From Anthoceros angustus (taxonomy: Eukaryota; Plantae; Anthocerotophyta), in the NCBI GenBank assembly GCA_010909165.1, contig MU008199.1:62001-126000 (forward strand): DNA of 64,000 nucleotides. Reading direction: 5' to 3'. Shown in pieces: positions 25,425 through 37,298 of this stretch. The translations under genes and the position numbers were made by a program. Under the pieces are notes generated by a model. That model saw only the letters and a program-made list of their open reading frames with translations, ran no database searches and was not told where the DNA came from. The first letter of the stretch is position 1. Each line of letters starts with the position of its first letter.

Positions 25425-26159
25425 CTACTCAAGAGCTTTGACATGATTCACAGCTGGAGGACTCTCCTTCCGATTCTGATTCCATGTGCTCACTGCCTTG
25501 ACAAGTCCGTCCCTTGTCACAAGCCTCACAGCATCAACGCCTCTCTGAAACGAGAACAAGAGCTCCTCCCTCTCCTGTGATGTGAACTTCTGCAGGACAA
25601 AGGCCTGCGCCTCTGTGGTACCACGTGGCCGTCCCACACCGATCCTTAACCTGGGAAAGTCCCTGCTCCCCCTGAAATGGTGGATGAGGGATTTCATCCC
25701 GTTGTGGCCGCCGTGCCCTCCCTTGGGCAGCAGCTTCATCACCGCAAACTCCAGATCCATGTCATCGTACATCACCAGCACTCTCTCCACGGGGACCTTG
25801 TAGTATGCTGCCATCGGCCCTACAGCTTCCCCGCTGAGGTTCATGAAGGTCTGCGGCTTGGCCAGCAGAACCGGAGTCCCGTTGATGTGGCCCTTCCCCA
25901 CGAGCGATTTGTGCTGGATGGTGGACAGAGTGATCCCTTCTGCCTCAGCGATGGCATCGATCATCTCGAACCCTACATTGTGCCGAGTACCAACAAACTT
26001 CGACCCAGGATTCCCCAAGCCCACCAGCAGCCACGGAGCCTGCCCCTGCCCGCCGGAGGCTTGAACCGAGAGGCTCCCGGGCTTGGGGGATCCCGGAGGC
26101 GAGCACCATAGGGGGCAGATCGTTCTGGGAGAAGATGGCAAGCTGGGCAGCCGCAACAT
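25425..26159 (-). CDS. PTH: Peptidyl-tRNA hydrolase / CRS2-family protein, probably plastid-targeted; intronless
   Basis: LVGLGNPG..TRHNVGF, KPQTFMNLSGE, YDDMD, GGHGGHNGMKS and RLRIGVGRP motifs; Ser/Pro-rich transit-peptide-like N-terminus. Confidence 0.93.
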   Translation of the reverse strand: MLRLPSLPSSPRTICPLWCSPPGSPKPGSLSVQASGGQGQAPWLLVGLGNPGSKFVGTRHNVGFEMIDAIAEAEGITLSTIQHKSLVGKGHINGTPVLLAKPQTFMNLSGEAVGPMAAYYKVPVERVLVMYDDMDLEFAVMKLLPKGGHGGHNGMKSLIHHFRGSRDFPRLRIGVGRPRGTTEAQAFVLQKFTSQEREELLFSFQRGVDAVRLVTRDGLVKAVSTWNQNRKESPPAVNHVKALE

Positions 26160-26908
26160 TCTCACCAACCGAGCCACAGTTGCAAGCCACTCTATCCCTC
26201 AATCCAGGCCTTTGCAAGCTTTGCTAGGTCCCCCGTCCTGCTTTGCGTGTGAACCTCCTGCCCATGAAAGAAAATGAAACCAGCATCCGACACCACTGAT
26301 CGTCCAGAGAGGAGAGCCACTCCCTGGACTGCGGGAGCGTGCTCGTTGTAGCCTCAGATTCTAACAGGCTAATTGCAATTTAGCCACTTTGAACAAGTCT
26401 GAAAGCAACGGGATAAGCATCTGGAGAAGAAACGCTCACACAACGCAGCTCCTGAACATCACACCTCGGACCAGTGCAAAAACGCCGCTTGACGCAACCA
26501 TTCAAACTCAATTTAACCAAATGCAGGCCTCTTCTTGCCTGCTTACCCTTTTGCTTCGTCCCCCGATCCTATGAAGCTTCGGGCTTCCTCGTTGTCTCTT
26601 CCGCCCATATGGAGATAAAATAGATGTCTAGACAGGTCCACTTGGGATAGTGGCTGGTACAAGGTAGTGCAGAGTCGATTCACCATGTGACAAATGGACA
26701 CACATTTATAAGAACATCGTGCGCTTAGATCCATACTTAGATGGGTGGGTTGCTTAAAGAGAATGGATGCCCTTGGTGCAAGTAGCTTAGGCACACCATA
26801 GTACAAGTTGTTAAATACCAAATCCCTTTAGTGGACTTAAATAAAATCTTTTTAAGAAATTAAAAAGACTCAATAAAAAATATAATACTTAAATTCAATG
26901 TTCAAGAT

Positions 26909-27200
26909 GAGTGGGGTGAGAGAAAAAGACATGACATCTGAATTCAAAAGACCCATGTAATGAAGGACAAATGGGGGGAGAGAGGCTCCAACTTTGTATG
27001 TGAAATGGGACGAGTGGGGTGCGAGAAAAAAAATGATATCCTAATTCAAAAGACCCATATTATGAAGAGCGAACAGGAAGAGAGGCTCGAATTCTCAATC
27101 TTAAATATGTGGGATCGAGTGGGGTGAGAGAAAAAAACATGATATCCGAATTCAAAAGACCCATATACATAATGAAGGACGACCGGGAAAAGAGCCTCGA
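26909..27200 (-). repeat. About 104-bp tandem repeat x3 built from tRNA-Met 3' ends (CTCTCTCACCCCA) and T-arm pieces
   Basis: gagtggggtg(a/c)gagaaaaa at 26909, 27012 and 27117, each followed by aattcaaaagacccat and agag(g)ctc. Confidence 0.8.
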
Positions 27201-27255
27201 ATTCTCAACCTTGGATGTGTGGGATCTGTACATTAGCCAACTGCGCCACCGCCCC
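27183..27255 (-). pseudogene. tRNA-Met(elongator)-derived pseudogene or SINE head
   Basis: Minus strand reads GGGGCGGTGGCGCAGTTGGCTAA…GAGAATTCGAGGCTCT, matching the 5' half and T-arm of plant tRNA-Met (intact A box, degenerate B box). The anticodon arm is decayed. Confidence 0.65.
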
Positions 27256-28527
27256 TCATACGAGCACTTATAGTTTAACCAATTTTGTGAAAACCAAGTA
27301 TATCATATCCATCCTTTGATTATAATATTATATAAATGAATATAAGTTTAGACTGAGAGATAACTTGGTAAATTATAAATAAAATAGAATTATGATTTCT
27401 TATTTTCAAGAATCGAACAGAAACTTAATCATATTATTATCATGAAATGTTACAATATCTCAATGGACTTGGAAGAGGCTAACTAATTAACTACAATGAG
27501 AGTTCACCATTCATGCTCATTTCTAGTGAACTAATTTTTTATTAATGAGGATAATCGTACAACTTAGTCTAAACAACGTTCATATGAAATCTCAAAATTT
27601 TGGGTCCTTTTTATTAAGGACTTCTTTAGAGTCTCTTACTAATAGTAAATGGAGAATTTTTATAATATCCTCATCTCTTGTTTAAGGGTTCTTACATAGA
27701 TCCACATCTTTTTGATTCGAGGATTTTTTATGGAGTGCATGAATCTGGCAAAAAGCTTAAATTTTTTAAAAGCTTAAATTTTGGTAAATATTCCATATGG
27801 GTCTTCTCCGAAGAGTCTTTCATATCTTCATCTCAATTTGTTTTCATGAGCATTTTGATACCTGGTCTCTCACGTCTTTTAAGGATTCAAATGAGATCCA
27901 TTATCTCTTAATTAAAGAATTTTACAGAGTTCCTCCTACCTTAAGATCTTATAGCTCATTTCTTGAGATAAATATCCATCCCAGCAATCATCTGCCTAAT
28001 CAACTTTAGGTTCGAAATGTTTTCTAGCGTGCTAATGAGTTAGGGAAACAAGTTCGAGAAAATTATTTACGAAGGAAATATACCGAATTGTTCCACGGGT
28101 TGGCCAAGCAAGTTGGACCCAATCAGGCTCTTACCAACGATATGACTACCTCAGCCTCAGCTGGACCGGAAGCTCCTCGAACACGTCTTGTGATCGCGAC
28201 ATTTGTGGAGGGGTTTCCTACCTGCTTTCTGTTCCAGGTGATCCCCAGGTGATGGGTTCAATTTGGCTTGCTGCTTCCGTGCTTAGATCCGTCATGCTGT
28301 TGGCTCACGTGCCGATGATGCAGCCACACTTGTGCCTTTTCTGTGTTTGGAATTCTGTGTTGCTCGATTGGCAGTTGTTTGACTGCAAACTTAGCCTGTT
28401 GGAGGTTGATCTTGCCAATTGAGGTCAGGGTTGATTCTCGTAGCAGATTGGAGCCGGTCCGATTCACTGTGCTTGCTTCGACTCACTGAGAGTTGGTGAA
28501 TTGCTTTTGTGCAGAGGTGTTTGCTAA

Positions 28528-31138
28528 ATGGCAGCTTACGTGAGCTTGCATCATTCAGCCACTTTTCAGGCTCTGAATAGGTTTACTGTACCTGCACACC
28601 GGTTCCAGGGCAGCCAGGGAAGGGCAATAGAGGTGCGATCCTTCTGTGGTGCCTACCATAAGAGGAGCTTATGCACAATTGTAGCAGCTGGGAGTGAGGG
28701 TGTGGTAATTGAGGACAATGGGAGGTTGCTTCATTCCAGACATGGTTTTGGAAAATGTGGGAGGGAGCGAGTGGTGGCAGCTGGCTCTTTGCGGAGTGAT
28801 GCAGTTACGGCAGAGGGGAACGAGTCACCCGTTATCAGCTCAAGCATTTCAGATGAGGAGAGTGAGAGGCTTCAGAGGGCCAACCCGGCAGGGGCTGGGA
28901 CTGACACCAGCTTGGCCAGGGTTAGTGGGGCAGAGCTTGAGGTGAAGCGTCCAAAGAGAATCTACTTTGATTACGGATTTCAAGCCAATTTTCTACGGGA
29001 AGGGCCAACTGTCCCACGAAATGTGATCAGGCTTGCATTTGAGAATTTTGGACGAGAATGGAGGGTGAGTTACTCTGAGTCATAGTTCTCTATCTGCTAG
29101 TGTATGGATAGCGTACATCGATCATTCTCAGTTCAGCTGTATTTTGGCAGCTGAGCTAACAAAAGTCTGGAACGAGTGGTTCAATTCTGTAGGGTGCTCA
29201 AGGCCAGGGCTGTTAGGTCATAATTGATGTCAGCATGTGCGCTCAAAGCTGCTGCTTCTCTGCAGGCATTGCGTAGAAGTTACTTGTTCAGTGAAGGTGG
29301 AGAGCTCAATGGTAATGATTCTATTTGCAACCTTGTTTTTGGGTCCCGCCCCAAGTTCTTTGACAAAGCCATAAGGTTATGTGTGGTTACCTATGTTCAC
29401 AGCCTCGAGCACAAAGGCTGGACCCTGGGCCTACGCAGGACGAGCTGCTGTCTTGGTTCTCAGGGGCGTGGACAAGCTGCTGCAGCTATACGACGGTCTG
29501 CCGGAACTCAGCCCACAATTGCAGGTTTGCTTGTGTTGGCATGTGAGCATTGCTGGTGAAATGACAACGTTCATCGCATGGGAATGTGAAATTTGTCCTT
29601 GTGTTATACAGGACTTGACTCCAGAGCAAGCGCAATTGCGAGACGCACTGAAAAAGCTTACATTGAGCAATGACGCTGTCTGGGAACGAGAGAGGAAACG
29701 ACCCCCTGTTGAGGCGCCATGGTGGATCCTTGGCCCCTACTATATTCTATGTGCGGTACGGGCCTGCACAGAAGATTCTCGCCTCTAAGATGGTCTGTTC
29801 CTCTTCTACTATTGACGAAGTGGCAACGATCCAACGTTCTTGCAGATGCTGGACATCATTTTCAACAACAGGCCTATACAACGATTTTGGTTTCTGGAAA
29901 CTGTGGCTCGTATGCCCTACTTCTCGTATCCCCTTTCACTTTCACGATCCCCACGCTCTGAAATCCTTCTCATTGCTCTGTAGAGGTAACTCTGTGAACA
30001 GCTGTAACGTCGTACCTAAAATTCTCCTTTAGTCGGGTCCTTAACACTTTGGCAGCTACATTTCTATGCTCCATCTCTACGAGACTCTTGGCTGGTAAGG
30101 TATTACTTAATGTTCCTCTTGACTCATATTGCAGCATGGTGTGTAAAGTTGTGCTAACCATCTTCGTGGTGTGTGTTATAACCTCTAGGTGGCGCGTAGG
30201 AGCTGAGGTGCGAAAGGTTCACTTTGCTGAGGTATGGTATACTGTTGGCTTGATCCAGTTCAGAGTTTCGGTCAGCCCCTGTTGCAAATGTTCTCTGACG
30301 TATGTTTGTACCAAATCAGGAATGGAATGAAATGCACCACCTGAAGATTATGGAGTCTCTTGGAGGAGATCTGCAGTGGGGTGACCGTTTCTTTGCTCAA
30401 CATGCTGCATTCTTCTATTATTGGGTATGATGCTTTTAAGATGTGGAAAACGCTACTTCTGTGACCACGTTTCCTGACCCTGAACGTTTCACAGGTTCTC
30501 AACGGGATGTTCTTGATCTCGCCAAAAGTTGCCTACAACTTTTCAGAACTAATAGAGTCACACGCAGGTCTGATGCTCCCTTTAGTGAATTTCCTTTACT
30601 GGTGACAACCAATCTGTTTTGAACAAGAAACATAATGTTGTTCGTATTGAATGACAGTGGACACCTATGGTCAGTTCGTTGACGAGAATGAGGAGCTGTT
30701 GAAAACGCTTCCACCATCTCCCGTTGCCATCGAGTACTATGAGAGTGACGATTTGTACATGTAATAAGGATCCCCCCGCAGCTGGCCCAATCGCTTTGCT
30801 GACGTGGGGAAGCTAGCTGCCAATTTTCTGTTTCGTTTTCCCTTGTTTTACTGATGTGCAAACGTTGTTTGGCAGGTTTGACGAATTCCAGACGAGCCAA
30901 TTACCGGAGGCTAGACGTCCGAAAGTAGACAGCCTCTACGACGTATTTGCTGCCATCTGTGTAAGTTCGTAACCTGGCACTAGGCATCTACATACGCGCT
31001 GCAGGTAGCACTCTCTTGAACCTTGCTTTGCTCGCTTTCCAGGGTGACGAAGGGGAGCACGTGAAAACTATGGTGGCATGCCAGAGACTTGATAATCCTG
31101 TCAGCAGCCCACACCGACCAACCAAATTCAACCCGTAG
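28528..31138 (+). CDS. PTOX: Plastid terminal oxidase (plastoquinol oxidase, AOX/PTOX di-iron family), multi-exon, green-algal-type sequence
   Basis: Spliced motifs [69 protein letters not shown] and DEGEHVKTM carry all the di-iron ligands; transit-peptide-like N-terminus. Confidence 0.93.
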
Positions 31139-31677
31139 GACGGCCTTTGTAGGACGGACTAATTTTGCTTTCCATGACTGCCAAACAGTGTACATATGTA
31201 CTATCAATCTATTCAAGGAACCTCCTGAAGAACTCATCTTCTCAGTCTTTACTTGAAGTTGATCAATGCAGTGAGAACCACTCACGATGAATGAAGTTAG
31301 CAAAAGCCACTGTTTTATGACATACAAGCACCACCTTGGGAATGCAAGGGGACAAACCTTCCTTCCCTACATGCGCCAGGAGCGGTACGATAGGGCATCC
31401 GATTGCCTGTAATGTACCAGGAGCTGCCAGGGATCTAGCACCCAATAGCCCGTTCCTTAAGATCCCCTTCTAAGAGCTCCACTTCCTCTTATAATTGCTA
31501 GACAGTGCAGAATCCAGCAGTTATAAGTTGACGACAGGAACAGCCCGTCTAGGTTGGGCTTTGCCAGACTCATGGTCAGGCGCGAATGTGCAAGGCAGCC
31601 AACCTTCGGAATATTTGCACACATATGGAGCTTTGGGCCATGATAAGAATTGGTGAGAGCCACGTTTCCCTTCTACC

Positions 31678-33954
31678 TCACTTGTTTTTCTTCTTCTTCT
31701 TTTTGTCCTTCTTGTCTGGCTCGTCGGGGTCCGGAATCAAAGCTTGCTCCAAGGAATGCTCAAAATATAAAGTCCGGGTCTCCCAATACGACTTGTTGGT
31801 GACAATGGTGGTATCCACACTCCCTTCCACTCGCCACCCTACTACTGTACCCTCCAGAGACTTGGGAAACCGCCACTTGAGCCCCTCCGAGTACTCCTCC
31901 TCAGCGAACAAAATGCCTCCGTCACTGCCGAAGGGAAGTCCAAGTAGAGGGTTCGAGGGCGGCCTTCTCCCAAACTGGAATATAGATGTCTTCTTCGAAG
32001 CTATCAAAGGGTTGATTCTGTCGAAAGGCTTTCCTTCCCAGCTCGTCAGACTCCAGTTGAAGCTGCCCCCGTTCTCTCCTTCCTCCAGTTGTTCGAAAAC
32101 CCATGGCTTGGCGCTTGTTGCCATCTGAGAACTAACCGCCGCAGATACCCCTAGGTTACCTTGCACCTGCCAGAAAACAGACACTGTATTCAGGACTCGA
32201 ATCTCGATGGTGTAACGGCATCCAGTGTATTGTGCAGGGTATTCAGAAATCGTACCGCGCTTCCCACACCCAAGCCAACACCAAGGCCAATCCCTTCCCC
32301 CATGTTAATCTTGAAAGCTGCGTTTGCCGAGGACCTGTTCACGCTGAAGAGTGCCTCGGCATTCAGGGGAGTCACAGCCACCGACAGATGTGATGGAAAA
32401 TGTCCCATGAAGGCTACATCCCACGACGCATTGGCCACCCGGCACAGAAGGTTGGAGATGTTGATTGTAACCTCCACGAAGTTGGGCGTGGCCCTCACAG
32501 ATGCCGAGACCTGCAGCTCCAGTTCCACCCTTTGCCGGGACAGCAGCTTGACGACATCGGACGGCTTCTTGACTTCCTGTCCTGATCGGCTTGTCTGTGA
32601 GCAGAAAGGAATCCCCACCCCGAAAGCGGGTCAGAACGGAGAGGAAGAAATGAGCCCATGCAGTGACCTCCTCAATGCGGAGTTGAATCGAGAAGTCATC
32701 ACCTGGGAGCCCTTTCGCCTCATACAAGCAATCGGAGCGCCAACGTCAAGGGTCCACAACCCTTGCCCCCACACATCCAAGACAGACTTCCTGTGGATGG
32801 ACCACAACATGCGCAGCACCGCTGTGCTCTCCGTGTCGTTGCCTTCCGCTTCCACCTTGATCTGCCCGACACCAAGAGGTGAGAAGGCCAGTCTCTCGAC
32901 CACAAATGCAGCATCCAACATCCATCCACCACCCACAGCCTAATGCCCTCCTCACCATAATGTCACACATGGACTTGTTGATGTAGTCACGGAGTCCCTT
33001 GAGCAGCTCCGCCATGGCCCCGACCTCCTCATCCGCGGGCTCACCCACAGTCCCCGCAGCCCAGTTGCGGGCCAGCGGCAGGATATGGTCCACCACATAC
33101 TCATCGAACTCGATCAGAAGCTCCTGCATCACCGCCAGCCTCGGCACCTTGTTCGCCTTGGCAATCTTAGCCCCTGCCAACCACAAACAAACCCAACAAC
33201 CCAACAACCCACCACCATCACCCACAACCTCTTCCGCCACCCAGCCTGGAATCCAACAACAACCCATCTCGAATCACCCCGTACCGGCCACAATGACAGC
33301 CACCCAATTGAAGAAGATGTTGAAGGTGGACCCGATGGCGTCCCGCACGAGCTTCGTCTTGGGCCCCGTCGCCCCGCTGTCCTCCACGCAGCAGTGCTCG
33401 TCCAGGAGCTCCAGCAGCAGGCCGGAGTCCCGCCGCCCGATCTCCGCCACCACCTCGCGCACCAGCTGGTCCAGCCCGGGCTCCCCCATCCCCTTGGGCG
33501 TCTGCTCCCGCAGCACCACGGGCAGCGTCGACTCCCGCAGCTCCCCCTCCATCGCCACCCCCAGCAGCATCAGCCGGATGTAGTAAAACCGCAGCCTGGA
33601 CCTCACCGCCGTCTGCAAGTGCGACAGATTCCCCTTCGTGGCCGCGTACACGAACAGCTCCATAAACTGGCTCCCGGTGCCCTCGCCGCCCACCTTCCCC
33701 TTAATCCCCTCCTGCATCCAGGCCGGGATCATCATCCCCCCGGCATCCCCCGCCGACATCTCCGACGACACATCGTCCTCCACCGAGTCCACGATGCTCT
33801 TGAACCGCAAATCGGACCCGAGGCGCTGGAAGCCCGGCATTTCGAACAGCTTCGTGTCCGCCGCAGTGCTGGGCGCGATCCCCGTCTTCCGCGCCGCCGC
33901 CAGCTTCGCCACGCCCGTCCCCCGGTTCTGCTGGAAGTTCGCCAGCGACCCCAT
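31678..33954 (-). CDS. Unassigned family paralogue A (624 aa), putative beta-pore-forming-toxin-like; join(33954..33285,33173..32956,32861..32703,32594..32256,32166..31678)
   Basis: Five exons with GT-AG junctions that keep frame; clear homology to paralogues B and C (LRFYYIR, AIGSTFNIFFNW, WGQGLW, GHFPSHL, WEGKPFDR, WETR, LIPDPDE). Function is inferred. Confidence 0.85.
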
Positions 33955-33966
33955 CCTGCCCCTCCT

Positions 33967-34028
33967 CACGTGCCTTCCCTCCCTCACGTGACCTCCCGTC
34001 CCTCACGTGACCTCCCTTCCCTCACGTG
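33967..34028. promoter_or_regulatory. Array of four G-boxes (CACGTG) in an 18-19-bp tandem repeat just upstream of paralogue A
   Basis: CACGTG at 33967, 33985, 34004 and 34023; three are TCACGTGA. Confidence 0.5.
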
Positions 34029-34663
34029 ACCTCCTCCTCGCCCACCAAACCCCGCCGCAGCGCAAGGCCGGCTCCCGCAACCCGGATGGCAGCCTGCTGT
34101 GGATCCTGCGAGCCAGCAGCAGCTCGCGGCTCATGGACGTGACGGCCGGGGCGCGGGCCGCGTCGTGAAGCCGAGGATCCTGGGTTGCGTGCAATCTCCG
34201 CAGGACGTGAGAAGTGCGGGGAAAAAATATCACTCTCGCTTTCAGGTTATCTTACGTGGAGACCATTGTACTGTACCGCACTCCATCCCCGGATCCGTGC
34301 ATCCCCGGGTACGCCTGTGGATCCCCCAGGTACGCCCGTGCTGTACGATCCAATCCGAGCATCCCGCCAATCAATCACACCCAGGTACATGTGAATGTAT
34401 GGCTTGGAGCCCTCTAGACCGGGGTCTTCTCCATTACCCGCTATAGATGGACTTCCCAACCAAAGTCTCCACCATACATGCCATGCATCCACAAGTTGCA
34501 AGTTGCAAGTTGTAAGTTGTAAGTTGTGAATTGAAACGCGTTCACCGTTGACTCACGACTCGTTTCACGACCCAAATTCTTTTTTCGGCGCGTGAAAAAT
34601 GCAGTCGTTTTTGCACCGTTATCGTTATTTCTGACTCTGACTCCCTGTCGAAACGCGGACACT

Positions 34664-34685
34664 TTTGGCGGGACTTCTTTCGCGG
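34664..34685. promoter_or_regulatory. Two E2F-consensus sites in the divergent promoter between paralogue A and the RRM gene
   Basis: TTTGGCGG at 34664 and TTTCGCGG at 34678 match WTTSSCSS. Confidence 0.35.
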
Positions 34686-34981
34686 GAGCTTCTTTCAGGA
34701 TATAGTCTAGGGTAGATAGGTGGGTAGAAGGTACCTGCTAGGCCCGCGTCTTGGCTGTTGTTACATTATCGTCAGGTGTGAGGTTTGGGAGAAACGGGAG
34801 GCGAGCGATCAAACCGTCGGGGATTAGGGCATTGAATTTCCGTGTGGGTGGATAACGGCCCGGGTTTTGGTGATGGGCCAGGGAGGGCAAAAAATGCGGG
34901 CGAAGCGGCCGATCACGGCGGCGGGAGACTTGTGAGAGGTGGATACACGGATAGCGGCACACACGATACATAACGGGGTGG

Positions 34982-37298
34982 ATGACGATGGATGACAACA
35001 GCTCTGTCTACGTGGGAGGGTTGTCGTTCGACAGCACCGAAGAGATGCTGCGCAATGTGTTCGAGGCCTATGGCGACATTATGGCTGTGAAGGTGGGCGT
35101 CGCTTCGTGGCTTTTTGCCCCAAAGATTGAAGGAGCTGCTCTCGAAAAGTTGATGGTGGTTGATTTTTGGACAGATTATTTATGACAAGGAGTCGGGGCA
35201 TTCCAGAGGTTTTGGTTTTGTTACCTTCACCAATCCTAGGGCAGCTGGGGAAGCCATCCATGCCATGGACGGCGGGGTGAGTAGAGCTTATTCAAATTGC
35301 TGGCAAGGAGTTGCTCCCACCGGTTGGGAATACCAGTCTCAAGTAGGTAGAGGAAGTTTCTTTATGCAGCTTGCTGTTGCGGCATTAAGTTTGTGGTTGG
35401 TTTCCTTCTTGTAGTTGATTGCTGGAAGAACTATTCGTGTTAACGAGGTCAAAAAGATTACTTCTCGGACTATAGCATCAAAACGTGAAGGTGCTCCTAA
35501 CAGGGATTCCGGATTTCAAAGAGAAAGGGACAGGGAAAATTCAGACAAAGATCGAGACCGGGGCAGGTACCTACTGATCGATGATCTGCTGATTCCTAAG
35601 CCCTTGAAAAGTATTGAACTTGTTTCTTGAATACTTTATTGCATAGTGTTTTGCAGCAATGGTTATCGAGGTATGCGTGTTTTATCTCCTACAAGTCAAA
35701 AACATCCCGGCATGCGGCTTACTCGTGGTCGACAGGCACATAGATCACCCAAACGAGGTACAATACATGAAGCATGAGTATGGGTAAACTTGTCTTAACC
35801 TTTGCTTTTCTTGATGCCAATTTCTTCATTGGCATGTCAATGTAGGCCGTAGTGCATCAAATTATTCATCTCCGTCAAGGAAACGATCTCGTAGTCCGTA
35901 TTCTGCATCACCGCTTGGCAGTCAGGATCGGTATGCTCTCTTTGTTATATTTTTGCATTTATCGGTAGGAAGGTATCATATGGACAAGACCGTGTTCTAC
36001 TTACAAATTGAATCAAACAATAGAGAGTTTATCCTCAAACTACACTATGAGACTAATTTGAGAACCGGGTAGATAAGGGTCATCATATTTCAAGAAAACT
36101 TAATCCATTTCGTTTTATGCAGGAAAGATTATCATATTATGAAACTTGTTTAACAAATTTCCCACCTTTTTCATGAGAAAGTAAATGAACTACATCATCC
36201 ATTAAAATTTTCTTCTTGACCTCTGCGCCACATGACAAACAAAGGGTTCTACAACATCACGTGCATTGTTAGAGAAGGATGAGTTTTATGTTAAGGTCTA
36301 TGTTCTTTTGTGGTGATTATCAGTTTACAAAAAACGGAGAATGTAACATCTGCTACAATAAGTGCATTTCCAAAACGAACTTCAAAACAAAGAGAAATGG
36401 CATTGGAAAAGGTATGGATAAACTTGGATTTGACTCAATGTGCAAATAATCTAAGATGCGTCCGAATATTCTACTAATACTTCAATAAAGTTCTTGCTCA
36501 TCATAACTCTCCATAGTACAGATTAAAGAAGACTTGGATAATGTGATACAATCTCGTCAAGAACTAGAAAGAAAGGTAAGATACACAACACTTCCAATAT
36601 TTTGTGATTATATATGTATTAAATAAATATATTTGCAGGAGTATTAATCTTTATAATTATTTTCTCGTCAGGTAGCAAAACTTGAATGTTCTTGCGAAAG
36701 TAAAGATCAAAATATACAACAATTACAAACTAAATCAAAGGTTGAAGATATAACCTCTCAATATATGGTTTCATGTTTTAAAAACTTTGTTCAAGACTTA
36801 CTTATGAATATGCTTTTATATACGAATAGAAACTTGAAGGAAGAGTTGTGGAAGTACGTAGTGCAATTTCTCACAGGAAAATTCAAATGAGAAAGGTCAG
36901 CTTGATCTCTCACAACTGCTGCAAAAACTTTTTCAATTGATCTTCTAAACATTTATTCTTTAATTTGATTATATTTAAAATGGTACTCACATGTATTTTT
37001 TGGGTATATAGCTTCGAAATGGTATTCAGAAAATGCGAGACTTTGGCGACCAATTGAAATCATGTGAAAAGGAATTCAAGGCAATTTTTTGTTCTACTTT
37101 GACTCTATTAGTTATGTTGAAATTAACATAAATATAGAATTATCCTCACACATTCCTCTGCTTTTATATTTATGATAGGTCATGACAACAATATTTGGTA
37201 CGGAGTTAGAAGGTGAAGAGGCTGGAGAGGTTGTTCACCGCGAGAAACAAGAGGTTGCTGAGATCAAAGAAGAACAACAAGATAAAGAAAAACTGTAA
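34982..37298 (+). CDS. RRM-domain protein with RS-like middle and C-terminal coiled coil; about 11 exons
   Basis: RNP2 VYVGGL and RNP1 RGFGFVTF; RTIRVNEV; SPSRKRSRSP. Later short exons splice in frame to TAA at 37296-37298, including a GC-AG intron from 37081. Confidence 0.85.

Noticed and set aside
27183-27255. Functional tRNA gene
   Set aside because: The anticodon arm, D-arm 3' side and acceptor stem are disrupted, and the B box is degenerate.
34493-34526. 7-bp microsatellites (caagttg; also gattcaa at about 45141 and ggctgga at about 59291)
   Set aside because: Simple slippage repeats with no evidence of function.
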